From the NCBI RefSeq assembly GCF_006345805.1, contig NC_043004.1, positions 3,534,001-3,598,000 on the forward strand: DNA of 64,000 nt, given 5' to 3'. A program made the position numbers and the translations under genes. How positions within the stretch are numbered: position 1 is the stretch's first letter; each line of letters starts with the position of its first letter. The notes under the pieces were generated by a model. It saw only the letters and a list, made by a program, of their open reading frames with translations, was not told where the DNA came from and did not search any database. Origin of the DNA: Octopus sinensis (taxonomy: Eukaryota). Below are positions 12,222 to 23,390 of this stretch, piece after piece.

Positions 12222-12425
12222 GTGTGTGTGTTTGTGTTTGTTCCTCCACCACAGCTTGACCTCTGGTGTTGATGTATTTACATCCTCGATTCGGCAAAAG
12301 AGACGGATAAAATAAGTATCAGCCTCAAAAACAAATAAGTACTAAGGTCGATTGATTTGACAGAAATTCCTCAAGGCAGTGCTCCAGCATGGCCGCAGTC
12401 TAATGACGGAAACAAGTGAAGATAA
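12222..12425 (+). mobile_element. SINE family A, 3' half
   Basis: TTCGGCAAAAGAGAC..AAGTAC..GGTCGATT and tail GTGCTCCAGCATGGCCGCAGTC. Confidence 0.8.
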
Positions 12426-12463
12426 ATTATATATACGAATAAATGCGAGCGCGCATAAATATC

Positions 12464-12776
12464 CAGTAAGCCCTCCCCATATCGCGGTTCACCAATCGTG
12501 GTTCACCTATCGCGGTTTATTATTTAAACTTACGTCGATTCCTCTGTGGTGTTGTTTTGCATTTATAAAATAAATAAATGCAAATTACAAAAGTAATAAA
12601 AAAAGTATACATAGGCGTAGGAGTGGCTGTGTGGTAAATAGCTTGCTTACCAACCACATGGTTCCGGGTTCAGTCCCACTGCGTGGCACCTTGGGCAAGT
12701 GTCCGCTACTATAGCCTCGAGCTGACCAAAGCCTTGTGAGTGGATTTGGTAGACGGAAATTGAAAGAAGCCCGTCC

Positions 12777-12807
<31 letters not shown>

Positions 12808-13107
12808 ATGTTTGTGTGTCTGTGTTTATCCCCCCCCCCCCAGCATCGCTTGATAACCGATGCTGGTGCGTTTACGTCCCCGTAACTTAGCGGTTCGGCA
12901 AAAGAGACCGATAGAATAAGTACTAGGCTTACAAAGAATAAGTCCCGGGGTCGATTTGCTCGACTGAAGGCAGTGCTCCATCATAGCCACAGTCAAATGA
13001 CTGAAACAAGTAAAAGAGTAAAAAGAGAGTACTGTTCCTACTTCGCGGATTTTAACCTATCGCCGGGGTACTGGGACGTAACAACCGCGATTGTCGCGGG
13101 ATTACTA
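12464..13107. mobile_element. Tigger/pogo-like MITE interrupted by a SINE A insertion
   Basis: Left end CAGTAAGCCCTCCCCATATCGCGG; right end reverse-complements to TAGTAATCCCGCGACAATCGCGG; a related end occurs at ~44918-44994. Confidence 0.55.
12613..13029 (+). mobile_element. Full-length SINE family A
   Basis: A-box TGGCTGTGTGG, B-box GGTTCAGTCCC, CCTTGGGCAAGT, internal (TA)(TG) tract, tail CTGAAACAAGTAAAAGAG. Confidence 0.92.
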
Positions 13108-13124
13108 TATACATACGCACGCAC

Positions 13125-13344
13125 GTGGTTAAAAAATATATTAACCTCTCAAGACCTACGGACATTTACGTAAGTAAAATTACGTAATATGTTAATAGTG
13201 AAACATGTATGTGAATAATCCATATTTTTATTGCTTTTCGTCTTGCTCGATTACGTTTTGGTTGCTTGCTAAATTTTTCTTGAGAATATTTCTTAGTGGT
13301 AAGACCATGGCGGATCTACTTCTAGCATAAGGGTTGACCCTCTC

Positions 13345-13375
<31 letters not shown>

Positions 13376-13863
13376 TGTATGTATGTATGTATGTATGTAT
13401 GTATGTATGTATGTATGTATGTATGTATGTATGTATGTATGTATGTATGTATGTATGTGTGTATGTATGTATGTATGTATGTATGTATGTATGTATGTAT
13501 GTATGTATGTATGTATGTATGTATGTATGTATGTATGTATGTATGTATGTATGTATGTATGTATGTATGCATGCATGCATGCATGCATGCATGCATGCAT
13601 GCATGCATGCATGCATGTATGTATGTATGTATGTATGTATGTGAGAGGGTCAACCCTTATGCTAGAAGTAGATCCACCATGGTCTTACCACTAAGAAATA
13701 TTCTCAAGAAAAATTTAGCGAGCAACCAAAAACGTAATCGAGCAAGACGAAAATCAATAAAAATATGGATTATTCACATACATGTTTCACTATTAACATA
13801 TTACGTAATTTTACTTACGTAAATGTCCGTAGGTCTTGAGAGGTTAATATATTTTTTAACCAC
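13125..13863. mobile_element. Palindromic foldback structure: ~220-bp inverted arms around a (TATG)n(CATG)n(TATG)n spacer, with piggyBac-like TTAA|CC ends inside the arms
   Basis: 13125-13344 reverse-complements 13642-13863 with only a few mismatches; TTAA|CCTCTCAAGACC at 13141-13156 and GGTCTTGAGAGG|TTAA ending 13847. Confidence 0.85.
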
Positions 13864-13958
13864 TTGTCATCGTTAGGATGACAAAATTGTTAAACACTGG
13901 AATTATTACTGCATGATGAGGGCTGCAAAACAGCCATAATCCTAACGATGACAAGCGG
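13860..13958. mobile_element. piggyBac-like MITE (~100 bp)
   Basis: TTAA|CCACTTGTCATCGTTAGGA ... TCCTAACGATGACAAGCGG|CTAA: 19-bp TIRs with one mismatch and a TTAA-like target site. Confidence 0.65.
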
Positions 13959-14149
13959 CTAAATAACTAGATCCAGTCCTCACATCTCCTGGCGTTTTAT
14001 GGTTTATAACCTCGTCATGAAATAATTTCTTCGGTCGGATCTCCAGGATATCAGCAGCAAAGAATTCTGCATCATACTCTTCCGTATTGGATTATTGTGT
14101 GGTATGATAGCCGGGTCCACTAGAGGAGCTGTCTGTGATAGCCACATGA

Positions 14150-15400
14150 TTCTGTGAATCCATATCTTACATTCAATCTGTGTTCAACACAGAGAACGTC
14201 AAAATGAACTGAACTGTTGCTCATAATATATTCCACTTTTGGATGGTCGATATTACTCTACTTCAAAGAAGTCTTCAAGTGGTCTTTGAACTGTTTTTTT
14301 TTTTTTGTTCTCCAATCAATTGATGACAAGGTGTGTTAGGTCATAAATAATTATACTGAGTGAGAGATGCGGATCAAACATGTGCACTACATGTCCGAAT
14401 TTTGTTCAGGTAATGTCTGTACAGTGAAGTTTCGAAGCTGCTGGAGTTGCTGTGACAAGGAAATTCTATGAGCAATCCTATCTCTTGAAATGAACTTCTG
14501 AAGATTTTGAATACTAAAGGCCGTGAGTATAGTCTGCGTGTGGTCCATACTCCGTGTCCATATAGGAGATTGGAAACCCCGACTGTCCAGTAGATAAGAG
14601 TTTGTAATAATGGCTGTAATAGTTATTAAAACCTCGGCTCCCTTTATTGAGGGGGGATGCTCCGCGACAGTTTGGAATCTATTCATTCGCTGTCGTCATT
14701 CGGCATTATGCTGCCAAAATATCTGAATTGGGAGGTTTGTTTGGTTGTTGTTCATGTTCCTGTTTTTGTTTTTAGAAGAAAGGTGAGAAGAATGGTGAGG
14801 AAAGTGGAGTTATGTGCCATTCATAAGTGACTTCACGTTTCTAGATGTTAACTGTTAAATTTATAAGCATTAACCAGCTGCCTCGACGATGTCTTGTAGA
14901 TCTTCAGGACAGAGTGCTACGAGAACTTAATCATCAATGTACCGTAGCTCAGTGAACAGTTCAGATCTTTGTTTTGCGGTGATTTGCAGCCTTTAGGTTA
15001 TGAAAATGTCTTGCTCATGTGTAGCATTCAGGTGAGGAGTATATTAAAGAGCAGAAGAGCCAGTTCAGTATGATCCTATTTTTACACTAAATCGTTTAAA
15101 TTTCAGCCCTGAAATAAGTTGGCAAGCTTGTGTGGAACTAACGAAGGAGATTCAAGAATTTGGATGAGCAACCCAACTTTCAGAAAAAGTCCTAAACAAG
15201 CCCTTAATCCACCCACATGTGCAAAAGAGAGTTCCTGCTGTTGATCTCTGCATTTTCCTGAAGATACATTGTAACAAAAATCATGTCAAATACAGACAGT
15301 TCTCTTCAGAATTCCCAGAGTGATTCATGTGTGATGTTTTATGGCATTGAGTGAACCTGTCTTTTAAACCAGGACCTTCTCATCAACAAACAGAACTGCT
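14150..15400 (-). pseudogene. Heavily decayed RTE-clade reverse transcriptase
   Basis: Minus-strand remnants FDMIF..YLQE, KLGCSSKFLNLLR, ELRYIDD*VLVALCPEDLQDIV (YIDD at 14930-14941), LLYGHGVWTT, FKDHLKTSLK; many stops and frameshifts. Confidence 0.75.
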
Positions 15401-15704
15401 ATAGTTTGACTGTTCATCTCCTGGAGGTGGGGTGAGTAGTAATATATTTTAAACTTGTGTTATTTCATATATATGCACCAACTACCAACCAGCTCCAAGT
15501 ATACGTGCACACGAGGCACAATACTAACTGGCTGAGCCCCAATCAGTTGTAAGAGATTACCCGTATTTTTTTAAATCTTTTTTGTGAGGTTCTATGGACT
15601 CTCCGAATATCTACTTACCTATTTATGGAGAACTACACCAAAAGACAATTCAGCTTCTCCTCTCTTTTATCTGTGACATTAGAATCTGAACTTTCAGAAT
15701 ATAT

Positions 15705-15995
15705 ATTCCTTTATGAAGAACTATTACGAACATTATTTACATCGGACGGATATGTGTCCCCATCTTGTTTATTGTTACAACAACACTTCGGCTGATTTAC
15801 TCTCCAGCCTTCATCGGGTACCTGGGTAGAATTTTGAACCCAACCCTAAGTTCTTATTCCTAAGATATTTTTACTACTGTTATTATTATTATTATTATTA
15901 TTATAATTATTAATTCAAAGCACTGCCTGGAATTGAACTCACAATCTTAGGGTTAATAGCCCGCGCTCTGAACCATTACTCTATAAGCCCGTGGG
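15705..15995 (-). mobile_element. SINE family D (tRNA-like head, (AAT)n linker, degenerate hammerhead-type tail)
   Basis: A-box-like TAGAGTAATGG (15973-15983), B-box GAGTTCAATTCC; core degenerate (CCGATGA, GAAGT) but stem II GGCTG/CAGCC intact. Confidence 0.8.
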
Positions 15996-16012
15996 CAATT
16001 ATAAAGGCAATT

Positions 16013-16280
16013 CTAGTTAAGAGCGCGGACTACTAACCCCAAGATTGCGAGTTCAATTCCAAGCAGTGCCTTGAATAAATAATAATAATAATAATAATAT
16101 CAGCAAAAAAATATTTTAGGAATAAGAACCCAGGGTTGGGTGCAAAATTTTACCAGGACATCTGATGAAGGCTGGGGAGTAAATCAGCCGAAACGTTGTG
16201 GCAACAACAAACAAGATGAGGACAAATATCCGTCCAATATAAATAATGTACAGAATCCATCATCTCAAAACTATAGAACA
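16013..16280 (+). mobile_element. SINE family D, plus-strand copy
   Basis: GTTAAGAGCGCGGACTACTAACCCCAAG..GAGTTCAATTCC (B-box 16049-16060), (AAT)n, then the tail shared with the copies at 15705 and 38191. Confidence 0.85.
16156..16202 (+). ncRNA. Minimal type I hammerhead ribozyme motif (Penelope-type)
   Basis: GACAT-CTGATGA(16162-16168)-A-GGCTG[loop]CAGCC-GAAAC(16190-16194)-GTT-GTGGC: catalytic core, 5-bp stem II, palindromic ACGT stem III, imperfect stem I. Confidence 0.7.
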
Positions 16281-17554
16281 ACTATTACGGACTCTCGTTT
16301 TCCTGATTTTTCTGTTTTACAGCCGTGTGTCTATGTATACTCTCCTTTTAACACCATTGCAAAAATACTGACTCTAGTGATCTTTTTGATTAATGAAACG
16401 GTTTTATAAGAAACAAAATACTGTCATTATTAGCACCACCGACTCACTGATGACCGGATTTCAGACAAGCTGGTGCCATAGTACCACATTCCGACAAGAA
16501 CATATCTTATTCCTTTCCAAGTGTTATTTTAAAAGCAATTAGACCTCATTTCTTAAAAAGCATGAAGGTTCTGTTTCTTTCCGTCGGCATATGAAAAATA
16601 CAGGGCAAGTGAGAGATTTCAATGATTTAAATCCACCAGAAATATAATAATGAATGTTAAAGAGTGAAATGGTTGGGGCTGGGCAATGAAATATCAAGTT
16701 TTCTGCAATGATGATATGATGAGAGAAAGCGTTGAGCAGAAGCGGTGAACGATTTGTGTTTATGATTCGAGTTGAGTATTGAATGCGAGAGCAATAACAC
16801 ACACTGTCGTATTTGCCTCGCTATACAGGCGAAAAACTCAGTTTAGTGAAGTGAAAGAAATGCTATGGTTATAACAGTGGATGTGATTAAAGACAATTTC
16901 CGGTGAAATTAAATCCAAAAACAAAATGTTCCATATCAGTGGGTTGCTTCTTAACTGGAAGACGGATTAAAAGATTGAAAAATTACCTGACGGCCAGAAA
17001 CGGGGTTTTTGTTGTTGTTGCTCTCTCTTTCTCTCTCTCTTTCTCTCTCGTTTCTTCTCTCTTCTTTTTCGCTTTCTTTCTCTTTACTCTTCCATCCTTC
17101 CACCTCCCCTCGATTCTTTCTAATTGGGATTCGATTTTTTCATCCGTAAAAAGATTAAAACTTGTGTTTTCTTTACTATTTGTCTTCTTCGTGATGTTTC
17201 CTTGCTTTATCCCCCCACCCCTACTCCACCCGCCCCACTTATTTCTCTGAAATATTTCTAATATCCTCCCTCAATGCATAACTTTTATTCGCTGTTTCCT
17301 TTTTCCTTCTCTTTCTTATTTATTTCCAATACAAATCATTGCAGAATCTTTGATGTGGTTCTTTTTCCTATCTTTGGTAAATTATTTGCAAAAGGATTTT
17401 TTTTTTTTTTTGTAAGAAGTGAAGCAATTAAAAACGTCGAAAGCCTCATTATTACATATCGGATTCCAAGGGCAGTGATTAACAAATCGGTTGAGCACCA
17501 GACAAAACGTCATGCGCTAATTTAGTGGCGTCGTTTTATGTCTTCAGTTCAAAT

Positions 17555-17835
17555 CTTTCTGAAATCAAATTCTTTCATGCTTCAGAAACTGAAAAAGAGA
17601 AATACCTATTTCTTTACTACCCACAAGGGGTTAAACATAGAGGGGACAAACAAGGACAGACAAACGGATTAAGTCGATTACATCGACCCCAATGCGTAAC
17701 TGGTACTTAATTTATCGACCCCGAAAGGATGAAAGGCAAGGTCGACCTCGGCGGAATTTGAACTCAGAACGTAACGGCAGACGAAATACCGCAAGGCATT
17801 TTGCCCGGCACGCTAACGGTTCTGCCAGCTCGCCG
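17555..17835 (-). mobile_element. SINE family B
   Basis: Reverse complement of head (CTGCCAGCTCGCC at ~17822-17834), B-box and full 184-bp body. Confidence 0.92.
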
Positions 17836-19443
17836 TGTTGTTAAAAAAGAGAAATACCAGTTAAATACTGGGGTAATTCTAATCGTCCATATTTCACTTC
17901 TTGGAAAATATATGATCTTGTTATAAATCAATATTATTTGTTAGAATATAAAATCAGCCGCTGTTAGAATATGTTGTGTGCCGGACAAAAGACTTTGCCG
18001 CATTTATGATATATTAGGACGCAGGTTCACATCCAACCAAGTTCAACTATCTTTCTTTCAGCTTTAGTAAAATAATTGCAAGTTATTTTCGTTGTTGTTG
18101 ATGTTGTAGTTAAGCAACAAGACGGGTAAGGGTGATTAGATGATGGTCTAGGGCTTAGGGGCGGGGGACCCCAGACCTTGGAAAAAAAACTTTGGTCTTG
18201 TTGTAGTCGAGAGCTCTTCGTTGACGCCCGACACCACTGGAAGGTGGTCCTCGAAGTCGCTAGAAATGGAGATCTCCAGGTCCAAATTCTTGAACGGCTG
18301 TTGTCGTTGGTGGTGGTAACGGTAGTGGTGGCGTTGTTATTTATCCCCAGGCATGAGCAACAAAACATTTATAATCAAAAACATTCCAGCGGTTATCCAC
18401 CTGTCTTTTTAGGGAACAGTAGGACTGCATATATTGTTCTTTATTTAAGAAGGTAAAGTGTAATGTGAGAGAGATTTGGCTTCTATTTCCAGGAAGTCAA
18501 ATAATCATGAGCGGCCTCCTTTGTTGGGTCGTGCAATTACCAAATTGGTGATTTTCTACCAACTTAGGAAACACCATAATACCAAAATGTAGTTAGATTT
18601 GCAAAGCAACAATTGAATTACGCAATGAACTGAAACAGTAACCTGGGTTCGATTCGCAGCTCAGTCTATTTCACATTATGTCTATGGTGTTATATATTCT
18701 TTTCATCTCTAGGCACAAAACCCATTAAATGGCTGCCACAACACCTGGCCAGCCTCTCACATTTTTCTTTCCGTCTCCTTGTCCATGAACTTCACATTTC
18801 TTCGTGTCTGATTTGATGATCATGATGCAACATTTTCCGGAGCTTCTTCCATAACATTTGATGAAATTTACCGACTTTTTGGTGACTTGGGTTATTTCTT
18901 CCGTGTTTCGCTTTCATAAAGCGCCGTCATTTGTACGATGCTAATACAAAGGTAGATTTCTTTTTTAATATTGGTGTCCAATATGTTCATTGGTCAGATC
19001 TTGTATGTCTGTTGAAATAATTTGATCACATTTCTGATTCTGCATTTGACATTGGTTTCAGTGTTTCCATCGTTATAAAGATTAATAATACATAAGGTAA
19101 AAAAAAAATTCATCTTCGATTCGACTCGCAATGAATCTTTTGGCACTAACCATAAGCTCCAAGAAAATCAATCACATGTTGAAAATATGGTTGAATCAAT
19201 TATTTTTCTCCCTCCTCCAAATATTTTGTAGCAAACACAGCCTTGATGAAACGTATACGTGAAAGTTTTTTTATTAGTTTTTTTAATGTCATATATATTT
19301 TGATGGCGATGGGTTGCTGTACTTCCAACGTTCTTATCCTCAAGAAAGATGTTTTTACAAAAGATTAGAGCTGAAGAACTGAGTGTTCTGAGATAAACAG
19401 TTTTGCAGTCTTTCCATGTCATTTTTGTTGTTTTTTTATACAT

Positions 19444-20950
19444 CTGCTCGACGTAGCCAAAGAATCAAAAATTGAGTACATCAACATTGAAGATGATGAT
19501 ATCACACTGGCCATAGGTGAGATTGACACAAACTCAGCTGCTGGACCTGATGGATTTCCAGTGATCCTTCTCAAATCGTGCAAAAGAGCCCTTGCAAAAC
19601 CGCTACAGCTTCTTTTTCAGAGCTTTCTTGCAAGTGGTAAGCTCCCAGTCAAATTGAAAGAAGGGATAATATGCCCTATCCATAAGAGAGGAAGCAAAGT
19701 AGATACTAAAAGTTATAGGCCTATCTCTCTGACCTCACACATCAGCAAAATCATGGAACGAATAGTCCGCAAGAAACTAATCATGTTCCTTGAAGAAAAT
19801 GACTTGCTGACTGACACCCAGCATGGATTTCGACCAGGTAGAAGCTGCCTAACACAACTCCTGCAACACTATGACTCGGTGTTAAAACAGCTACTAAATG
19901 GCTCAAGGTGGATGTAATATATCTCGACTTTGCAAAAGCCTTTGATAAAGTCGACCATGATATGTCACAAACTGCGTGATCTCGGCATAGGCGAAAAACT
20001 TGGAGAGTGGCTGCACAACTTCCTAAAAGATAGAAGGCAGGCAGTCGTGGCCAATGGAACCACCTCCAAGGAAACACAAATAACAAGCAGTGTTCCACAG
20101 GGCACTGTTTTGGGGCCACTACTGTTCATAATGGCCCTTTCAGACATGCCCTCAGTTGCTAAGATGGCCACCCTTGCTAGCTATACAGATGACACAAAAG
20201 TCTCTCACACGATACAAAACCCTGGAAATGTTGCATACCTGCAACGGGAGTTGGATACAATATACAGGTGGGCTGAGGACAACAACATGCAGTTTAATGC
20301 AGGTAAGTTCCAGGCCCTGCGCTACCGGCACACAAAGGTAAACGACATGCAGACTGGATACTCTGGCCCGGGAAGAATTGCAATCCCTGAGTCAAAATCA
20401 GTGCGTGACCTGGGCATTGACATGAGCAATGATGCATCTTTCCAAGTGCATATTACTAATTTGGTAATAAAATGCAGACGGCTAGCAGGATGGATTCTCC
20501 GAACTTTCAGAACAAGAGAGCAGGAGACACTGATGGTCCTTTGGAAGATATTCGTCCTCAGCCACTTGGACTACTGCTCCCAACTATGGTCACCATACAA
20601 TATAAAGTTAACAGCAGAACTCGAAGCAATCCAACGAAGCTACACTAAGAAGATAGTCTCAATGCAACATATCAGCTATTGGGAAAGACTGAAAGCATTA
20701 AAACTCTTCTCCCTGGAGCGAAGGCGGGAGAGATATGCAGTTATATACATCTGGAAAATCCTGGAGGGTCTTGTCCCGAATTTTGACATTGAAAGTTACC
20801 CCAACAGCAGAACGGGGCACCACTGCATGGTGCCAAAGATCCCAACATCGCCATCAAAATACAGGACCAGATACTGCAACAGCTTGGGTTTCAATATCCT
20901 TCCAAAATGCCTGAGAGACCTGCATGATGTGGATGTGGGTTTCTTTAAAA
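19444..20950 (+). mobile_element. CR1-clade LINE fragment 1 (reverse transcriptase domain, frameshifted near 19910-19950)
   Basis: AAGPDGFP, YRPISLTSHISKIMERIV, QHGFRPGRSCLTQL, DFAKAFDKV, VPQGTVLGPLLF, YTDD, LDYCSQLWSP, YWERLKALKLFSLERRR. Confidence 0.93.
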
Positions 20951-22190
20951 CTATATATACCTTGATTTTGCAAAAGCTTTTTGACAAAGTGGATCATGGT
21001 ATGATATGCCACAAACTTCGTGATCTTGGTATAGCTGGAACTTGGGGAGTGGTTACATGACTTTCTGAAAGATAGGAGTCAGGCAGTATTGGCTAATGGA
21101 ACCACCTCTATGAAAACACAAATAGTGAGCAGTGTTCCACAGGGCACTGTCTTGAGACCACTGCTTTTTATAGTGGCCCTCTCAGATATGCCCTCATATG
21201 CCCGGCTAGCCACCCTTACAAGCTACGCAGACGATACGAAAGTCTCGCAGAAAATACAGAACCCCAGCGATGTTGCACACCTGAAGCAGGAGTTGGACTC
21301 AATTTACAGATGGGCTGTGGCTAATAATATGCAGTTTAATGCTGAAAAATTCCAAGCCCTGCGTTACCGTCGTCCAAAACTGAATATGAAACTTACAGGG
21401 TACACTAGTCCACAGGGAATTACAATCCCAGAACCTAAATCAGTAAGGGACCTGGGTATAGACATGAGTGATGATACCTCTTTCCAAGTGCACATTACCA
21501 GGATGGCGACAAAGTGCAGACAACTGACTGGATGTATCTTGAGAACATTCAGAACCAGAGATAAGGGAACCATGATGGTCTTCTGGATTACTGCTCACAG
21601 CTATGGTCACCCACCAGTGTGAAATTAGCAGCGGACCTTAAAGCAATCCAGAGAAGATTCACAAGGAAGATCGTCTCTTTGCAACTGCTCAGCTACTGGA
21701 AAAGACTGAAACAGCTAAGACTCTACTCCCGGGGGAGAAGACGGGAGAGGTATGCAGTAATATACATCTGGAAGATCTTGGAAGGAATTGTGCCAAATTT
21801 TGGCATTGAAAGATACAACAATGCCTGAACGAGACGACACTGCATAGTGCCAAAGATCCCAGCAACGTCATCTCGCATCAGGACCAGTAAACTGCAACAG
21901 CCTGAGTTTAAGGGGCCCACAGCGTTTTTATATTCTCCCAAAGAGCCTGGGGAACCTGCACAAAGTAGATGTAGGCGTTTTTAAATCAAGGCTGGACCTC
22001 TTCCTGTCGAGAGTCCCAGATGAGCCTACCTCACAGCAAGAGGTGCAAATGAGGGTAGCTACAACCAACTCCATTCTTCACCAAGTGCCACATATTGGAG
22101 CAGGCTCTCAGTAATAATAGTGTAGTAAAACGGCGGTGCATCGGCATGGCCGCTACTCTGAGCTGAAACTACAGAATAAAAAATGAAAAA
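20951..22190 (+). mobile_element. CR1-clade LINE fragment 2 including 3' UTR and tail
   Basis: Restarts at IYLDFAK-like/DKVDHGMICHKL; VPQGTVLRPLLF, YADD, RRRERYAVIYIWKILEG; 3' stem-loop GGCGGTGCATCGGCATGGCCGC..CTGAAAC then A-rich tail. Confidence 0.92.
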
Positions 22191-22203
22191 ATAAATGAAA
22201 GAA

Positions 22204-22239
<36 letters not shown>

Positions 22240-22360
22240 ATTATATATACAACTAAATATATATATTATATATAAATAAATATATATTATATATATAAAT
22301 ATATATATATATGTTTATATATATATGTATACATGTATAGTGTATATATTATAAATATAT

Positions 22361-22745
22361 AGGCGTGGCTGTGTAGTAAATAGTTTGCTTCCCAGCCACA
22401 TGGTTCCAGGTTCAGTCCCACTGCGTGGCACTTTGGACAAGTGTCTTCTACTATAGTCTCGGGCCGACCAAAGACTTGAGAGTGGATTTGGTAGACGGAG
22501 ACTGAAAGAAGCCCTCGTTTATATGTGTGTGTTTATGTGTCTTTGTGCTTGTCCCCCACCGTCCCCTGTGAACCGCTGTTAGTGTGTTTACGTCCCCGAA
22601 ACATAAGCTGTTCGACAAAAGACGCCAATAGAATAAGTACTAGACTTACAAATGATAAGTTTTGGGTTCGATTTGTTCGACTAAAAGTCTTGTCTCCAGC
22701 ATGGCCGCAGTCAAATAAATGAAACAAGTAAGATAATAAAAGAGT
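22361..22745 (+). mobile_element. Full-length SINE family A
   Basis: Head GTGGCTGTGTAG..GGTTCAGTCCC, tail CTCCAGCATGGCCGCAGTC. Confidence 0.9.
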
Positions 22746-22915
22746 AAATGTACATATGTAGATGTATATATAGATATAGATATATGTATATATGTAGATG
22801 TATATAATGTGTGTGTATTTAAATATACATATATATAAATACACACACATTATATAGATATATTTATATTCATATATACATATATATACATCTACATACA
22901 TACATATACCTATCT

Positions 22916-22949
<34 letters not shown>

Positions 22950-22951
<2 letters not shown>

Positions 22952-23352
22952 CTCCATATACACTTATACATAGATATGTGTGTGTGTGTGTGTGTACACG
23001 CCTATCTTACTGTCTCACCATCTGTCTCACACACACACACACACACACACAAACACATGCTCACACACCCTCCTTCCTTCCCTCTCTTTCTCTCTCTCCC
23101 TCTCTCTACTATTAAAAATCCTCTTACTTCCCCACTTCTATATTTCATTCCTTTAAGTTCCTATTCTCTTACTTTAACTCTCTGCCTCCCTCTCACTCCT
23201 TTTTACTTTCACCTTCTCTCTCTCTCTCACTTATTATCACACCCTCACTATGTACATCTGTTTCTCCCTCTTTCCTCCTCTCTGTCCCCTCACCTTCTCA
23301 CTCTTTCCTTTCTTACATTTCTCTGCCAATTTACTTCCGTTCTCTCTCTCTT

Positions 23353-23390
<38 letters not shown>

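Noticed and set aside
13228-13822. Mirror-image 141-aa and 162-aa ORFs
   Set aside because: Produced by (TATG)n plus the inverted arms; not genes.
15915-16070. tRNA genes
   Set aside because: tRNA-like A/B boxes are SINE heads without a complete cloverleaf; the same applies to families A-C.
16447-16480. CTGATGA word as another hammerhead (also at ~51257)
   Set aside because: No downstream stem II/GAAAC arrangement.
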